From a virus, in IMG/VR virus record IMGVR_UViG_3300033144_003327, positions 1 through 64,000 of that record: DNA of 64,000 nt. The stretch is one strand, 5' to 3'. Shown piece after piece: positions 38,041 through 47,241 of this stretch. The notes under the pieces are model-generated. The model saw only the letters and a list, made by a program, of their open reading frames with translations, was not told the origin of the DNA and searched no databases. The position numbers and the translations under genes are program-made. Each line of letters starts with the position of its first letter. Position 1 is the stretch's first letter.

Positions 38041-38620
38041 GTTAGATTACATAATACGCCTGAACTCCCTAGTGATTTAACATAACGTCTTAACATAATC
38101 TCGTTCATCAATTTGAGAGAAAAAGCGCTCCGCGTTCTCTTTCCCACGTTCGTGAAAAATACGCTCCGCGTTCTCTTTCTACAAAAACCGCTCCGCGTTC
38201 TCTTTCATATTCTCGTTGAGAGAGAGTCATTGGGATTACATAATGTCTTAACATAATCCGACTTAACATAATGTCTTAACATAATCCGATTGAGAGAGAA
38301 TCAGACTCAGTCTCATCATCATGATGTCTCACGATTTAACATAATGTCTCAACGAGAGAGGGCCTGTGGATAACTTATGCACAACTGTGGATAACTTTTG
38401 ATTTAACATAATCCTCAAACGAGAGCCAGAAGGACTCTTAACATAATGTCTTAACATAATCCCAGAAGTCTGAGAGATCATTATGTTTAATCAATGAGTC
38501 ATTTAACATAATGTCTTAACATAATCCTGAAACGAGTCCCAGACTCTCTTCGATCATGATCAGATAGAGAATGGTGGCGCACCCTCCCTCCTCCGTACCC
38601 GGCTTAGGTTTTACATAATG
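38041..38620. repeat. iteron array with two DnaA boxes (putative replication origin)
   Basis: ~13 copies of TTAACATAATGTC/TTAACATAATCC in 5 clusters; 3 copies of 18-bp CGCTCCGCGTTCTCTTTC (38125, 38162, 38189); two perfect DnaA boxes TGTGGATAA (=TTATCCACA) at 38366-38374 and 38386-38394; 10-bp IR TTACATAATG/CATTATGTAA near 38607. Confidence 0.55.
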
Positions 38621-38684
38621 ACGAACCTTTTAGAGGAACGACATTATGTAAAGTGTGATCAGCAACCCGGCCAGCGCGGCCCGT

Positions 38685-38987
38685 TTACTTAACAAAACGT
38701 GTCGCGATAATTTGTGCCGCTGCGCCAATTTCGTAATTGCTTATTTTGCTGTTGCGTCGAATCACTTCGCCGTCGTAAATTAACTGCATGGCCAATTCCA
38801 ACGTTGCACTATGCTGCTCCGCATATTCAACATTTTCAAAAAGGTCCGGCAAACACCCACCGACGTCGGCGGAGTATTCTTCGACTACTAATTCCGTAAG
38901 TGACAATTCCATTTTAAATATTCCTTTCGTGTAGTGTGAATATGCATAGTAACACAATTCCAACTCACTACAAGCGGTTTTTAACAT
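38685..38987 (-). CDS. hypothetical protein (minus strand, next to origin-like repeats)
   Basis: 100-aa ORF in otherwise non-coding stretch; one of very few credible minus-strand genes. Confidence 0.25.
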   Translation of the reverse strand: MLKTACSELELCYYAYSHYTKGIFKMELSLTELVVEEYSADVGGCLPDLFENVEYAEQHSATLELAMQLIYDGEVIRRNSKISNYEIGAAAQIIATRFVK

Positions 38988-39166
38988 AACGCCAAAATGA
39001 TTTGATTTAACATAATCCTGAAACGACTCCCAGATTGACTTAACATAATTGGACGGATCTCTCGCATTTTCTCGGGTAGACCTATACCTTGGTATTGGGA
39101 AGATTTGCGCGCCGTCAGCGTGGAATGAGTAATAATTTGCTCACAATTGCAGTGATATGCTATAAT

Positions 39167-39235
39167 GTGCCCTAGGACACAGTATGTCTCACTCAATCAT
39201 ATACAATGTGATTACACACTTAGGAAAGGAAAACG
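39167..39235 (+). promoter_or_regulatory. class-2 intergenic element (copy 2), preceded by consensus TATAAT at 39161
   Basis: GTGCCCTAGGACAC then degenerate hairpin, ACACTTAGGAAAGGAAAACGAAATG. Confidence 0.45.
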
Positions 39236-39237
39236 AA

Positions 39238-39486
39238 ATGAACGACACATACAAATCAGCTGAAACGGTTATACGTGGTTTCAAAGTAGAGCTGGAGATT
39301 GAAGGTGACGGCGACGACATAGTGTCCAGCTGTTTTGTTTACACCCCGGATCAAAATTACGGCAGCTCACTTGCACTGCTCATGGCCGAAGGTTTCATCG
39401 AACACGACAACGGATACGATGTGAAACGCATAAGGGACTACGTCCGCAACGAAATTGAAGATTGGGCACTGGAAAACGGATATTGA
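39238..39486 (+). CDS. small early-type protein
   Basis: 82 aa, acidic. Confidence 0.3.
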   Translation: MNDTYKSAETVIRGFKVELEIEGDGDDIVSSCFVYTPDQNYGSSLALLMAEGFIEHDNGYDVKRIRDYVRNEIEDWALENGY

Positions 39487-39491
39487 AAAAC

Positions 39492-39560
39492 GTGCCCTAG
39501 GACACAGTATAGCTGACTCATTCAGCTATACTGTGATTACACACTTAGGAAAGGAAATTA
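39492..39560 (+). promoter_or_regulatory. class-2 intergenic element (copy 3)
   Basis: GTGCCCTAGGACAC + perfect hairpin CAGTATAGCTGA-CTCAT-TCAGCTATACTG (39505-39533) containing TATACT. Confidence 0.5.
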
Positions 39561-39562
39561 AA

Positions 39563-39808
39563 ATGTCATCACCGAAAATGGTCAGTTACGTAACAAGCAA
39601 GCCGGATTGCCAAGCAATGATCAAAGCATTGCGCGCCGCCGGGCAGGATGTAATCAAAGATTCGCTGGGCGGCTACCACGCCAGCATGTACCAGTACGCT
39701 ACGAAGGACGGCGTGCGCACTGGAAAAGAGAGGCAAATCAAACTGTTCACAGCACTGCCGGGCCGCAACGGATATTTAGTTCGCCGCGTCGAAAATTTGT
39801 TCTCGTAG
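39563..39808 (+). CDS. small early-type protein
   Basis: 81 aa. Confidence 0.3.
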   Translation: MSSPKMVSYVTSKPDCQAMIKALRAAGQDVIKDSLGGYHASMYQYATKDGVRTGKERQIKLFTALPGRNGYLVRRVENLFS

Positions 39809-39873
39809 GTCTTGGGCTGGGCATTGCACTAGCAGTGCCCAGCGTTGGACACACACACAGAAAGGAAAACGAA

Positions 39874-40206
39874 ATGAACATAACACCACTTGAAGCGTTG
39901 GCCCTCAACCACTACGCATTTGACGAAATGAATCCCGTCAACGGTGCGCGGCCGGAAAGCGCTGACGATGTACACTGCTACGTTTGGATCGACGAGCTGG
40001 CGCCCCACTTGGACATTAGCATGTCGGCAGCGAAGGGCGTAGTCAGCTCACTTGTTAAAAAGGGGCTGGTGCAAGTTTCCAGCGACGAAGACCCGCAGGA
40101 GAGGGGGCTTAACTTTACTGAAGAGGGCTACCGCGTTTGGTGCACAATTGCCGACGCAGAGGACATTGCCGTCAGCTGGGAAATCAAAAACGCACATTGC
40201 GAGTAA
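39874..40206 (+). CDS. small winged-helix-like protein
   Basis: start after CACACAGAAAGGAAAACGAAATG; MSAAKGVVSSLVKKGLVQV recognition-helix-like. Confidence 0.3.
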   Translation: MNITPLEALALNHYAFDEMNPVNGARPESADDVHCYVWIDELAPHLDISMSAAKGVVSSLVKKGLVQVSSDEDPQERGLNFTEEGYRVWCTIADAEDIAVSWEIKNAHCE

Positions 40207-40207
40207 C

Positions 40208-40275
40208 GTGCCCTAGGACACAGTATAGCTGACTCATTCAGCTATACTGTGATTAACAAGTAAGCACACACAGGA
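40208..40275 (+). promoter_or_regulatory. class-2 intergenic element (copy 4)
   Basis: GTGCCCTAGGACAC + identical 12-bp-stem hairpin (40221-40249). Confidence 0.5.
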
Positions 40276-40353
40276 AAGCAAAATGTTAATTATCCAAAAA
40301 GTCATCAGCAAGTCAACTGGCAAAATCGTCACCATCAAATTGTGGGTGTCGTA

Positions 40354-40566
40354 ATGCTAATCAAAACCAAGTACACGTTCCAAACGCCCGGCGAGCACGT
40401 TGCCGCACTTGCACTGCTACAGCAGCAACCAGCCGCCCGCTACATTATTGACCGTTTGGAAATAACAGTCATCGCCCACATGCCGACAGTACGCTTGTTC
40501 AATGTTTCGCTAGTGCAAGCGCACATCACATATTTTAGAGGCGCCGAGCGCCCAGTGGAGAAATGA
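40354..40566 (+). CDS. small hypothetical protein
   Basis: ORF 40342..40566. Confidence 0.25.
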   Translation: MLIKTKYTFQTPGEHVAALALLQQQPAARYIIDRLEITVIAHMPTVRLFNVSLVQAHITYFRGAERPVEK

Positions 40567-40796
40567 AAATGAGCAGTCAATACATCACACACATAAGCCC
40601 GTTCACGCATATGTGCGAGGACTTGGATTGGTTCAAAGGAAATGGTTTTTACGTTTGCACGCCAGCCCTCAGTTCTGACGGAACAGGTTTGCAGCAACGC
40701 TGGGACGGCCCGTTTGTTGACGTCCAAGCCGCACGTTTGGAGTATGGCAATATTCGCTGCCACACACCAGCCCTCGGCAGCAGGAGTGGAGGATAA
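40563..40796 (+). CDS. small hypothetical protein
   Basis: 77 aa, ATGA-coupled. Confidence 0.25.
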   Translation: MKMSSQYITHISPFTHMCEDLDWFKGNGFYVCTPALSSDGTGLQQRWDGPFVDVQAARLEYGNIRCHTPALGSRSGG

Positions 40797-41008
40797 TGAG
40801 AAACGGATATTTGGAAAGACAGGACGAGGTGGTGGCCAAAATTAAATGGCGCATTGCTGCATTGGAGGAAGCCCGCATTGAGTGGGTACAGCAAGCCAAC
40901 GAAAGTAACAGCTGGAACGAGAACGGTGAACTGACCGAGGCTTGCGCTAACGAACGGGAGCAGGATGGCTTGCGCTACGCACTAGCACTGCTGGAGCGGA
41001 CGAAATGA
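40796..41008 (+). CDS. small hypothetical protein (coiled-coil-like)
   Basis: 70 aa. Confidence 0.25.
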   Translation: MRNGYLERQDEVVAKIKWRIAALEEARIEWVQQANESNSWNENGELTEACANEREQDGLRYALALLERTK

Positions 41009-41061
41009 ATTTTCCCAACCTTTCCGCGCTGGAAATATGGTTGCGGTGGAATAGCTAATCT

Positions 41062-41130
41062 GTGCCCTAGGGCACAGTATGGTTCACTCATTCAGCTATA
41101 ATGTGATTGAACAGTTAGCAAACACACACA
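41062..41130 (+). promoter_or_regulatory. class-2 intergenic element (copy 5, perfect palindrome GTGCCCTAGGGCAC)
   Basis: perfect 14-bp palindrome + degenerate hairpin + CACACACAAAGGAAAGGAACATG. Confidence 0.45.
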
Positions 41131-41435
41131 AAGGAAAGGAACATGGAAACTTTAAAAATCGAAACAATTACTCTCGTCGGCGAAAGCGTAACAGTAACCG
41201 AAGAAATCGTCTACGTTGAAAAAGTAATTTTGGAGGAAGTGTAAAATGGTCATCATCGCATTTTCATTCGCACTGTTTTTCGTATACGCAGTAATTTTTG
41301 AGTAAGGCTTGGGTGGTGCATTGCACTAGCAGTGCACCACGTTGGACTTACACACACAGAAAGGAAAATTGAAATGGAATATTACAGCATTGAAGATTAC
41401 CACTTTTGGACGTGGATTGATTCGTGGGGTGACTT

Positions 41436-41618
41436 ATGAGCACTGTGGTAGAGACAATCGACTGCACCCCAACGTGGGAAGCGGCAACACGGATTTACAT
41501 CGCAGTGTTGCGCAACCCAGACGCTGGCCTGGAAGCTCAAGCCGCCGCCGAAGAGGACCTCCTTGCACTAGCAAAGGCAATGGACGGAATTAAATCATCT
41601 AGGGAGGCTCAATCATGA
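41436..41618 (+). CDS. small hypothetical protein
   Basis: 60 aa; preceded by 21-codon mini-ORF with ATGA coupling. Confidence 0.25.
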   Translation: MSTVVETIDCTPTWEAATRIYIAVLRNPDAGLEAQAAAEEDLLALAKAMDGIKSSREAQS

Positions 41619-41929
41619 GTAACATGAGCTACTGCCGGTTTGAAAATACGTACAGGGACCTCGTGGATTGTCAAGAGGCGCTGGACGAGCTGGGCAACAG
41701 CTACAGCATCCAATGTCAAATGAAGGCCAAAACCAAAGAGCTGGAGGCAGCCCACGCAGCGGATGATGTAGACCTGGTCGATAAGTTGGGATGCGAAGTG
41801 GACGACCTCCGTGACCAGCTGGGCGCACTCAGTGAAAGTGAGCACCAGTACGCTGTGCAGTTGCTTTTACTGTGCCAAGAGATGGTGGACCAGTTTGACC
41901 CGGACGACATTATTGCGGAGGACGGATAA
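41615..41929 (+). CDS. small acidic hypothetical protein
   Basis: 104 aa. Confidence 0.3.
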   Translation: MSNMSYCRFENTYRDLVDCQEALDELGNSYSIQCQMKAKTKELEAAHAADDVDLVDKLGCEVDDLRDQLGALSESEHQYAVQLLLLCQEMVDQFDPDDIIAEDG

Positions 41930-42052
41930 TGTACCAGGTACTAGATAGCCAGGGGCGTGTAGCTACTACGCACGCCACCCTGGCCAGTGCTCAAGCGTGG
42001 ATTGTCATAGTCGGCACTGCCGATAAGCAGTACACGATACAGGAGGTGCCCA

Positions 42053-42253
42053 GTGCATAACCACTCTATCACCACCGTGTATGATGATGGTACCCAGCTG
42101 TCTATGCAGTGCACTAGCACAGAAGACAATGCGGATCAGCGTACAGCAGTACACCTTAAAGACAGGCAACGTGATGCACAGCGTACAGACCTTGGTATAC
42201 TGCACTACGTGGTGACGTTTAACCACGAGGTACATGTACTGATACAGGATTAA
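42053..42253 (+). CDS. small hypothetical protein
   Basis: 66 aa. Confidence 0.25.
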   Translation: MHNHSITTVYDDGTQLSMQCTSTEDNADQRTAVHLKDRQRDAQRTDLGILHYVVTFNHEVHVLIQD

Positions 42254-42299
42254 CCTAGTGTGTGTGTGCTTAGGCAGTACTGTATAGACATACAGTACT

Positions 42300-42560
42300 G
42301 TCTTTTTTTATCTACGGCTCTTAACATAACGTTATTACATAATACGAGCCTCTCTATCTCTCTTATTTAACATAACGTAGTTACATAATACCATCCTCTC
42401 TATCTCTCTATCTCTTAACATAATGTAGATCATAGATAGTCATGATCATCTATCAGATAGAGAGACAGATCATAGAGAGATTATGTTAAGACGTTATGTA
42501 ATCTCGTATTATGTAAAGACATTATGTTAAGATTACATAACGTTATTACATAAGCCCCAC
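42300..42560. repeat. second iteron region: imperfect large palindrome with TTAACATAA / TTATGTTAA in opposite orientations
   Basis: TTAACATAACG / TTACATAATAC repeats on left, TTATGTTAAGA / TTATGTAA on right, CTCTCTATCTCTCT tracts, centre near GATAGTCATGATCATCTATC. Confidence 0.45.
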
Positions 42561-42643
42561 CACCCCACCACCACGAATTTCATTTAATGTACCCAAGATC
42601 GCGGAGACAGTACTCAGCGATCAGTATTGACCACCAGACGGTA

Positions 42644-42820
42644 TTAAAACCTGAGTGATGCTTTGTCCGGTGGCCTCTTAGGATCATGATCGACAATCTT
42701 GACTGATTGGAACCCGCCCAAAACCAGGGCATCGGCTTTGGCGGACGCCGCCTCCATCGCCATGTTCTTCCCGAACCTCATCCGGCCACTTAGGCCAATG
42801 GCAGTAACATCGTATCGCAT
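42644..42820 (-). CDS. small protein (58 aa) on minus strand with phage-consensus RBS
   Basis: reverse complement reads GAAGATAAGGAGAAAGGAAG-ATG CGA TAC ...; RBS identical to consensus of + strand genes; not in ORF track (<60 aa). Confidence 0.35.
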   Translation of the reverse strand: MRYDVTAIGLSGRMRFGKNMAMEAASAKADALVLGGFQSVKIVDHDPKRPPDKASLRF

Positions 42821-42961
42821 CTTCCTTTCTCCTTATCTTCAGTTTTAATAGTAACACAATCACTCAGCCATACAACCACTTCGTTACATAATCCCCAAAT
42901 GAACTAGCGATATGAGCGAGACAGATGTATCATCAGGAAAAGCCAGCCACACGGTATTAAA

Positions 42962-44386
42962 ATGTCACTAAGACTTGACCACGAAACAGAATTAACCAGT
43001 CGCTGGACCCCTATGCGGTATCATGCGGAGCAATCCCGTCTCTGCAGAAGCCAGGCCAGGTTCAAAGTCGTACCCGCCGGACGCCGTAGTGGCAAGACAG
43101 AGAGAGCCAAACGTCAAGTCGTGAAAGCGGCCTTGAGTTCCACAGGACCGAGTCCAGCTTATTTTTGCGCGGCACCAGTCAGAGATCAAGCGAAGAGAAT
43201 CTATTGGGATGATCTAAAACTCCTGGTAGGTCAGCGATACATGATGCGGCGCCCGAGTGAGAGCGAGCTCACAATTTGGACAGTAAACGGTGCGAAGATT
43301 GTCGTGATTGGAATGGACAGGCCGGAGAGGATCGAGGGAACACCTTGGGACGGTGGGATTCTAGATGAGTACGGAAACATGAAAGAGACGGCGTGGATGG
43401 AGAACGTACGGCCAGCATTGGCGGACCGGATGGGGTGGTGCTGGTTGATCGGAGTGCCCGAGGGTAGGAACCACTATTACGAGAGATATCGGTTCGCTCA
43501 GGGACCAGGGAATGTCAAGAACGGAGGTGAGTGGGACGCGTTTACTTGGTTCAGTTCTGATATCCTGACGCCGGAGGAGATAGCTGCGGCCCGCGCGGAC
43601 CTCGACCTACTAACCTACCAGCAGGAATACGAGGCGTCGTTCATTAACTTCACGGGTCAGTGTTATTACCCGTTTGATGAAAAAGTCCACTGCACAAACC
43701 TGAAACAGAATTACAATCCGAATAGGGACCTGATCATCTGTTTCGACTTCAACGTCGATCCCGGCGTGGCAGTCATCTGTCAGGAAATGGCATACCCGCG
43801 CATCATCCTACCCATCAAAGGCCTGAAGGTAGACAACAGGACGATGTTCCGCGACAGTGTCATCGACGTGGCACCCGCGGGCACGGCAGCGATTGGTGAA
43901 GTCCATATTCCAAGAAATAGCAATACCCGGGCCGTATGCCGTAAACTAATTCACGATTGGGCCGAGCACCAAGGAAGAATTTTGATTTATGGTGACGCGA
44001 CGGGCGGAGGTAGGAGTACCACGTCGGACCAACCAGGTGAGAATGATTGGGATATCGTCAAGAATGAACTCTATGGATTCTTCGGAGCAACACGAGTGTT
44101 GATGCACGTACCAGGCAAGAACCCGACAGAGCGATCACGAGTGAACTCGATGAATACGAGATTAAGGACGGGCGATGATACGATACGTCTGATGGTAGAT
44201 CCTGCAGAATGCCCCAGCCTGGTACATGACCTTGAGGGCGTGAGACTCTTGGAAGGCGGAAGCGGCGAGATTGATAAGAAGGCAGACCCAAAATTGACCC
44301 ACTTGACCGACGCTCTCGGATATTACATCGTGGCAGAGTTCCCGGTCAGGCAGGAAGTGTTCAGCATCAACGAATTGAGGGCATGA
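42962..44386 (+). CDS. terL: terminase large subunit
   Basis: Walker A VVPAGRRSGKTE near N-terminus, nuclease-domain acidic residues downstream; 474 aa. Confidence 0.85.
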   Translation: MSLRLDHETELTSRWTPMRYHAEQSRLCRSQARFKVVPAGRRSGKTERAKRQVVKAALSSTGPSPAYFCAAPVRDQAKRIYWDDLKLLVGQRYMMRRPSESELTIWTVNGAKIVVIGMDRPERIEGTPWDGGILDEYGNMKETAWMENVRPALADRMGWCWLIGVPEGRNHYYERYRFAQGPGNVKNGGEWDAFTWFSSDILTPEEIAAARADLDLLTYQQEYEASFINFTGQCYYPFDEKVHCTNLKQNYNPNRDLIICFDFNVDPGVAVICQEMAYPRIILPIKGLKVDNRTMFRDSVIDVAPAGTAAIGEVHIPRNSNTRAVCRKLIHDWAEHQGRILIYGDATGGGRSTTSDQPGENDWDIVKNELYGFFGATRVLMHVPGKNPTERSRVNSMNTRLRTGDDTIRLMVDPAECPSLVHDLEGVRLLEGGSGEIDKKADPKLTHLTDALGYYIVAEFPVRQEVFSINELRA

Positions 44387-44387
44387 C

Positions 44388-46184
44388 GTGGCGCACAAGA
44401 AAGCACCTGTAGCGAAACCGAACGACGAATACAATGTGATGTCGTTGTTTTGGCATTTAACAGCCAGCCTCCGTGGTGGCACGCCAGCGATGCGCGGCGC
44501 CGGGCGGACGTACCTGCCCCAGGAGCCCGCTGAGAGTGAAGAGGCATACAAGAACCGTGCGCTGAGATCAGTCCTGACAAACCTTTACAAGAAGACAGCT
44601 GATAAGCTGGTGGGCAAGCCTTTGAAGAAAGGGGTGAAACTTTTAGAAGACGTCCCGCCAGAGATACGCAAGTTTGAGCCGAACATCGATAACCAGGGCA
44701 CCAATCTCAACGTATTTGCGAGAAACGTATTAGATTCCGCGGTTGACGACGGGGTGACCCACATTCTCGTTGATTTCAGCGATACTCAGAGCGTAGACGG
44801 TGAGTTCCCAGACGGAAGCCTGACATTGGCGCAAGAACAGAGGCTCGGAGTGCGGCCATACGCGCGACACGTCAGGGCCGCGGACTTGATAGGTTGGAAA
44901 AGTGAGCTCGTCAACAACAGTAAGGTCCTGACTCAGATCAGAATACAAGAGTTCGTGAAAGTGCAGGATCCGGATGATGAGTTCTCCCAAATCATGGTTG
45001 AAAGAATTCGGGTGGTGGAGCCTTTCCTGCAGAGGGTCTACGAGAGACAGACGAAAGAGAACGTCGGTGATGATAAGGATGAATACGTCCTAATTGAAGT
45101 GAAACCGACGACCATGCCTGTCATACCGTTAGTAACTTTCTACACTAATAAGAAAGGATTCATGCAAGGTGAGCCACTCTTGCTGGACATCGCGTACCTG
45201 AACGTGGCGCATTGGCAGAGTGACAGTGATCAACGTAACATTCTACACATCGCGCGGATTCCCATACTGTTCGCGACTGGTTTTGGCGATGACGACAGTC
45301 AAATCACGATAGAAATCGGTTCTAATACCTTCGCGAGAGCCCCGAAGGGCGCGACGTTGAGTTACGTGGAACATACGGGCAAGGGCATTGAGGCGGGAGC
45401 AAAAGACCTCAAGGATCTAGAAGAAAGAATCGTCCTCTTAGGAATGGAGATGTTGACGAAGCGACCACAGGGTAACGTGACGGCAACAGCACGGTCCATG
45501 GATCAGGTAGAAGCGGATAGCATCATTGGGCTAATCGCTAAAGAATTAGAAAACGCCATGGATGCGATGTTAGACTTGTTCGGAAGATGGTTGAACCTGG
45601 GCGTTGACTCCGGCGGCAGGACCGAAGTGTTTAAAGACTTCGGAATCGAGAGCGAAGATCTACAGGATGTTGAAATACTCCTTAGAGCTCGCATGGCCGG
45701 TGAAATTAGTCAGACAACGTTCTGGGATGAGATAAAACGTAGAGGACTCTTGAGTGACAGTTTTGATCCGCGCACGGAAATCGACCTCCTTGATATCGAG
45801 TCGGGTGGGTCGGTCAACATCACGGACAGCGGCCAAGGTGAGGATCCTGAAGAAGGGCTTCCAGGGGCGGCGCCTGAAAGACGCAACCGCGTCGGGGATA
45901 CCACTGCGGAAACCGACGGGCATACGCACGTCCTTCAAAGCGGGGACGTAACGGACACCGTCACAAATGAAGATGGTGAAAGTCACTCACATACGTGGGA
46001 CGAGCTAGGCATTAGAACATCAGTCGAAGATGCACATTCGCATCTTTTAGTCGTTAGAGCTGCCGCCGGCAGCCATGTAGGAGCAGAGGAAGATGAGCCA
46101 GAAGACAGTAGTGAAGGGGAGCAACCGCCAGGCCAGGCGCCAACCGGGTCAAGCCAGCAAAACAATCAATCGTCGGGCGCCTAG
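44388..46184 (+). CDS. portal protein (tentative)
   Basis: 598 aa directly after terL; acidic, His-rich C-terminal tail. Confidence 0.5.
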   Translation: MAHKKAPVAKPNDEYNVMSLFWHLTASLRGGTPAMRGAGRTYLPQEPAESEEAYKNRALRSVLTNLYKKTADKLVGKPLKKGVKLLEDVPPEIRKFEPNIDNQGTNLNVFARNVLDSAVDDGVTHILVDFSDTQSVDGEFPDGSLTLAQEQRLGVRPYARHVRAADLIGWKSELVNNSKVLTQIRIQEFVKVQDPDDEFSQIMVERIRVVEPFLQRVYERQTKENVGDDKDEYVLIEVKPTTMPVIPLVTFYTNKKGFMQGEPLLLDIAYLNVAHWQSDSDQRNILHIARIPILFATGFGDDDSQITIEIGSNTFARAPKGATLSYVEHTGKGIEAGAKDLKDLEERIVLLGMEMLTKRPQGNVTATARSMDQVEADSIIGLIAKELENAMDAMLDLFGRWLNLGVDSGGRTEVFKDFGIESEDLQDVEILLRARMAGEISQTTFWDEIKRRGLLSDSFDPRTEIDLLDIESGGSVNITDSGQGEDPEEGLPGAAPERRNRVGDTTAETDGHTHVLQSGDVTDTVTNEDGESHSHTWDELGIRTSVEDAHSHLLVVRAAAGSHVGAEEDEPEDSSEGEQPPGQAPTGSSQQNNQSSGA

Positions 46185-46499
46185 CCCTGCGGTGAATGGT
46201 GGCAGCGGTAGTGGCAACCAGGGCAGTAACATGACTGGTGCCGGATCAAACGCAGGACCTATCGGTAGCGCATAGCGTGGCACGCCGCGCACGATTAGGC
46301 GTCAGCAGTCTTACCCGACAGCGGATAAAACCGCTTAGGCGTGTCGGAAAGAACACATTCAGGTCGTTCTCCGGCACGCCTAATTTCCGCGCAGGACGTC
46401 AAAGAGTCAAATTCGCAAGAAAGAGACGACCTTTCAGAGCCCTTAGGAGGTAGTCGTGGCCCAGTACAAGAAACGCCGTAAAGGCAAAAAGAAAAAGAG

Positions 46500-46826
46500 G
46501 TGAGTGTCAATGAAGATATCAGAGATGACCTCGTTGCCCATGACATCGATCTCCGCAGAGTCGACGGTGATGTTCGGAATAGAATTGACAAACGTCTCGA
46601 GGTGCTTGGTAGAGAACTTTCCGGAATCATCGCTCGTCACGACCCTAACGGAGCCGTTCGTAAGCGTACACGCGAAAAACGCACCGTTGAACTTCAAAAA
46701 GATGCTCGCCAAACCATTAACGAAGCCTTTAGAGAGATCCATGCGATGCTTCGGGCAGCCCTTAAGGGGGTCGCCCGTCTCGAATCTACCGTTGTTGTAG
46801 ACGCGATCTCGGAGAGTTTGCCATGA
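46500..46826 (+). CDS. hypothetical protein
   Basis: 108 aa, Arg-rich. Confidence 0.25.
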   Translation: MSVNEDIRDDLVAHDIDLRRVDGDVRNRIDKRLEVLGRELSGIIARHDPNGAVRKRTREKRTVELQKDARQTINEAFREIHAMLRAALKGVARLESTVVVDAISESLP

Positions 46827-47131
46827 AACAAAGTACGAAAGTCGCCGGCGGAGTCGCCGGCATTGGTGCGGCCCTCGCGATGGTGCTTAGCATTTTTTCA
46901 CTAGATGCGCGATACATGAAAGATGCCATCGCAGATGAGGAACATCTGAAAGAGGCTACAAGCCGCGAAGCAGCAAGCGTTGACGTGAATATTAAAGTCC
47001 TGATCCTCGAGATCCAAGTCTTGAGCACGATAGTCGCTCCCACCCCTGTTGAACGAGTTCGTCTCGATAACGCCAAACTTCAATTGGCAGCGTACCTAGA
47101 ACGGCAGGGTGAACTTGCAAAGCCTAAATAA
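46823..47131 (+). CDS. hypothetical protein with N-terminal TM helix
   Basis: VAGGVAGIGAALAMVLSIF. Confidence 0.25.
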   Translation: MKQSTKVAGGVAGIGAALAMVLSIFSLDARYMKDAIADEEHLKEATSREAASVDVNIKVLILEIQVLSTIVAPTPVERVRLDNAKLQLAAYLERQGELAKPK

Positions 47132-47241
47132 TCTCATGGCGCAGGTAGCGGGATTTCTTATCCCGACGTGGACGGCATTTGTCGTTCTCACAGTTGCGGT
47201 CTTCATCACAGGATGGTCAGTTAGGCAATGGATAATCTGGT

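Noticed and set aside
38041-38620. CRISPR array
   Set aside because: The repeats are 12-13 bp units in irregular clusters with no uniform spacers, no cas genes are nearby, and DnaA boxes are present. This is iteron-like, not CRISPR.
46238-46453. 71-aa Arg-rich ORF after the portal gene
   Set aside because: The composition looks like an out-of-frame reading of a GC-rich spacer. There is no RBS.
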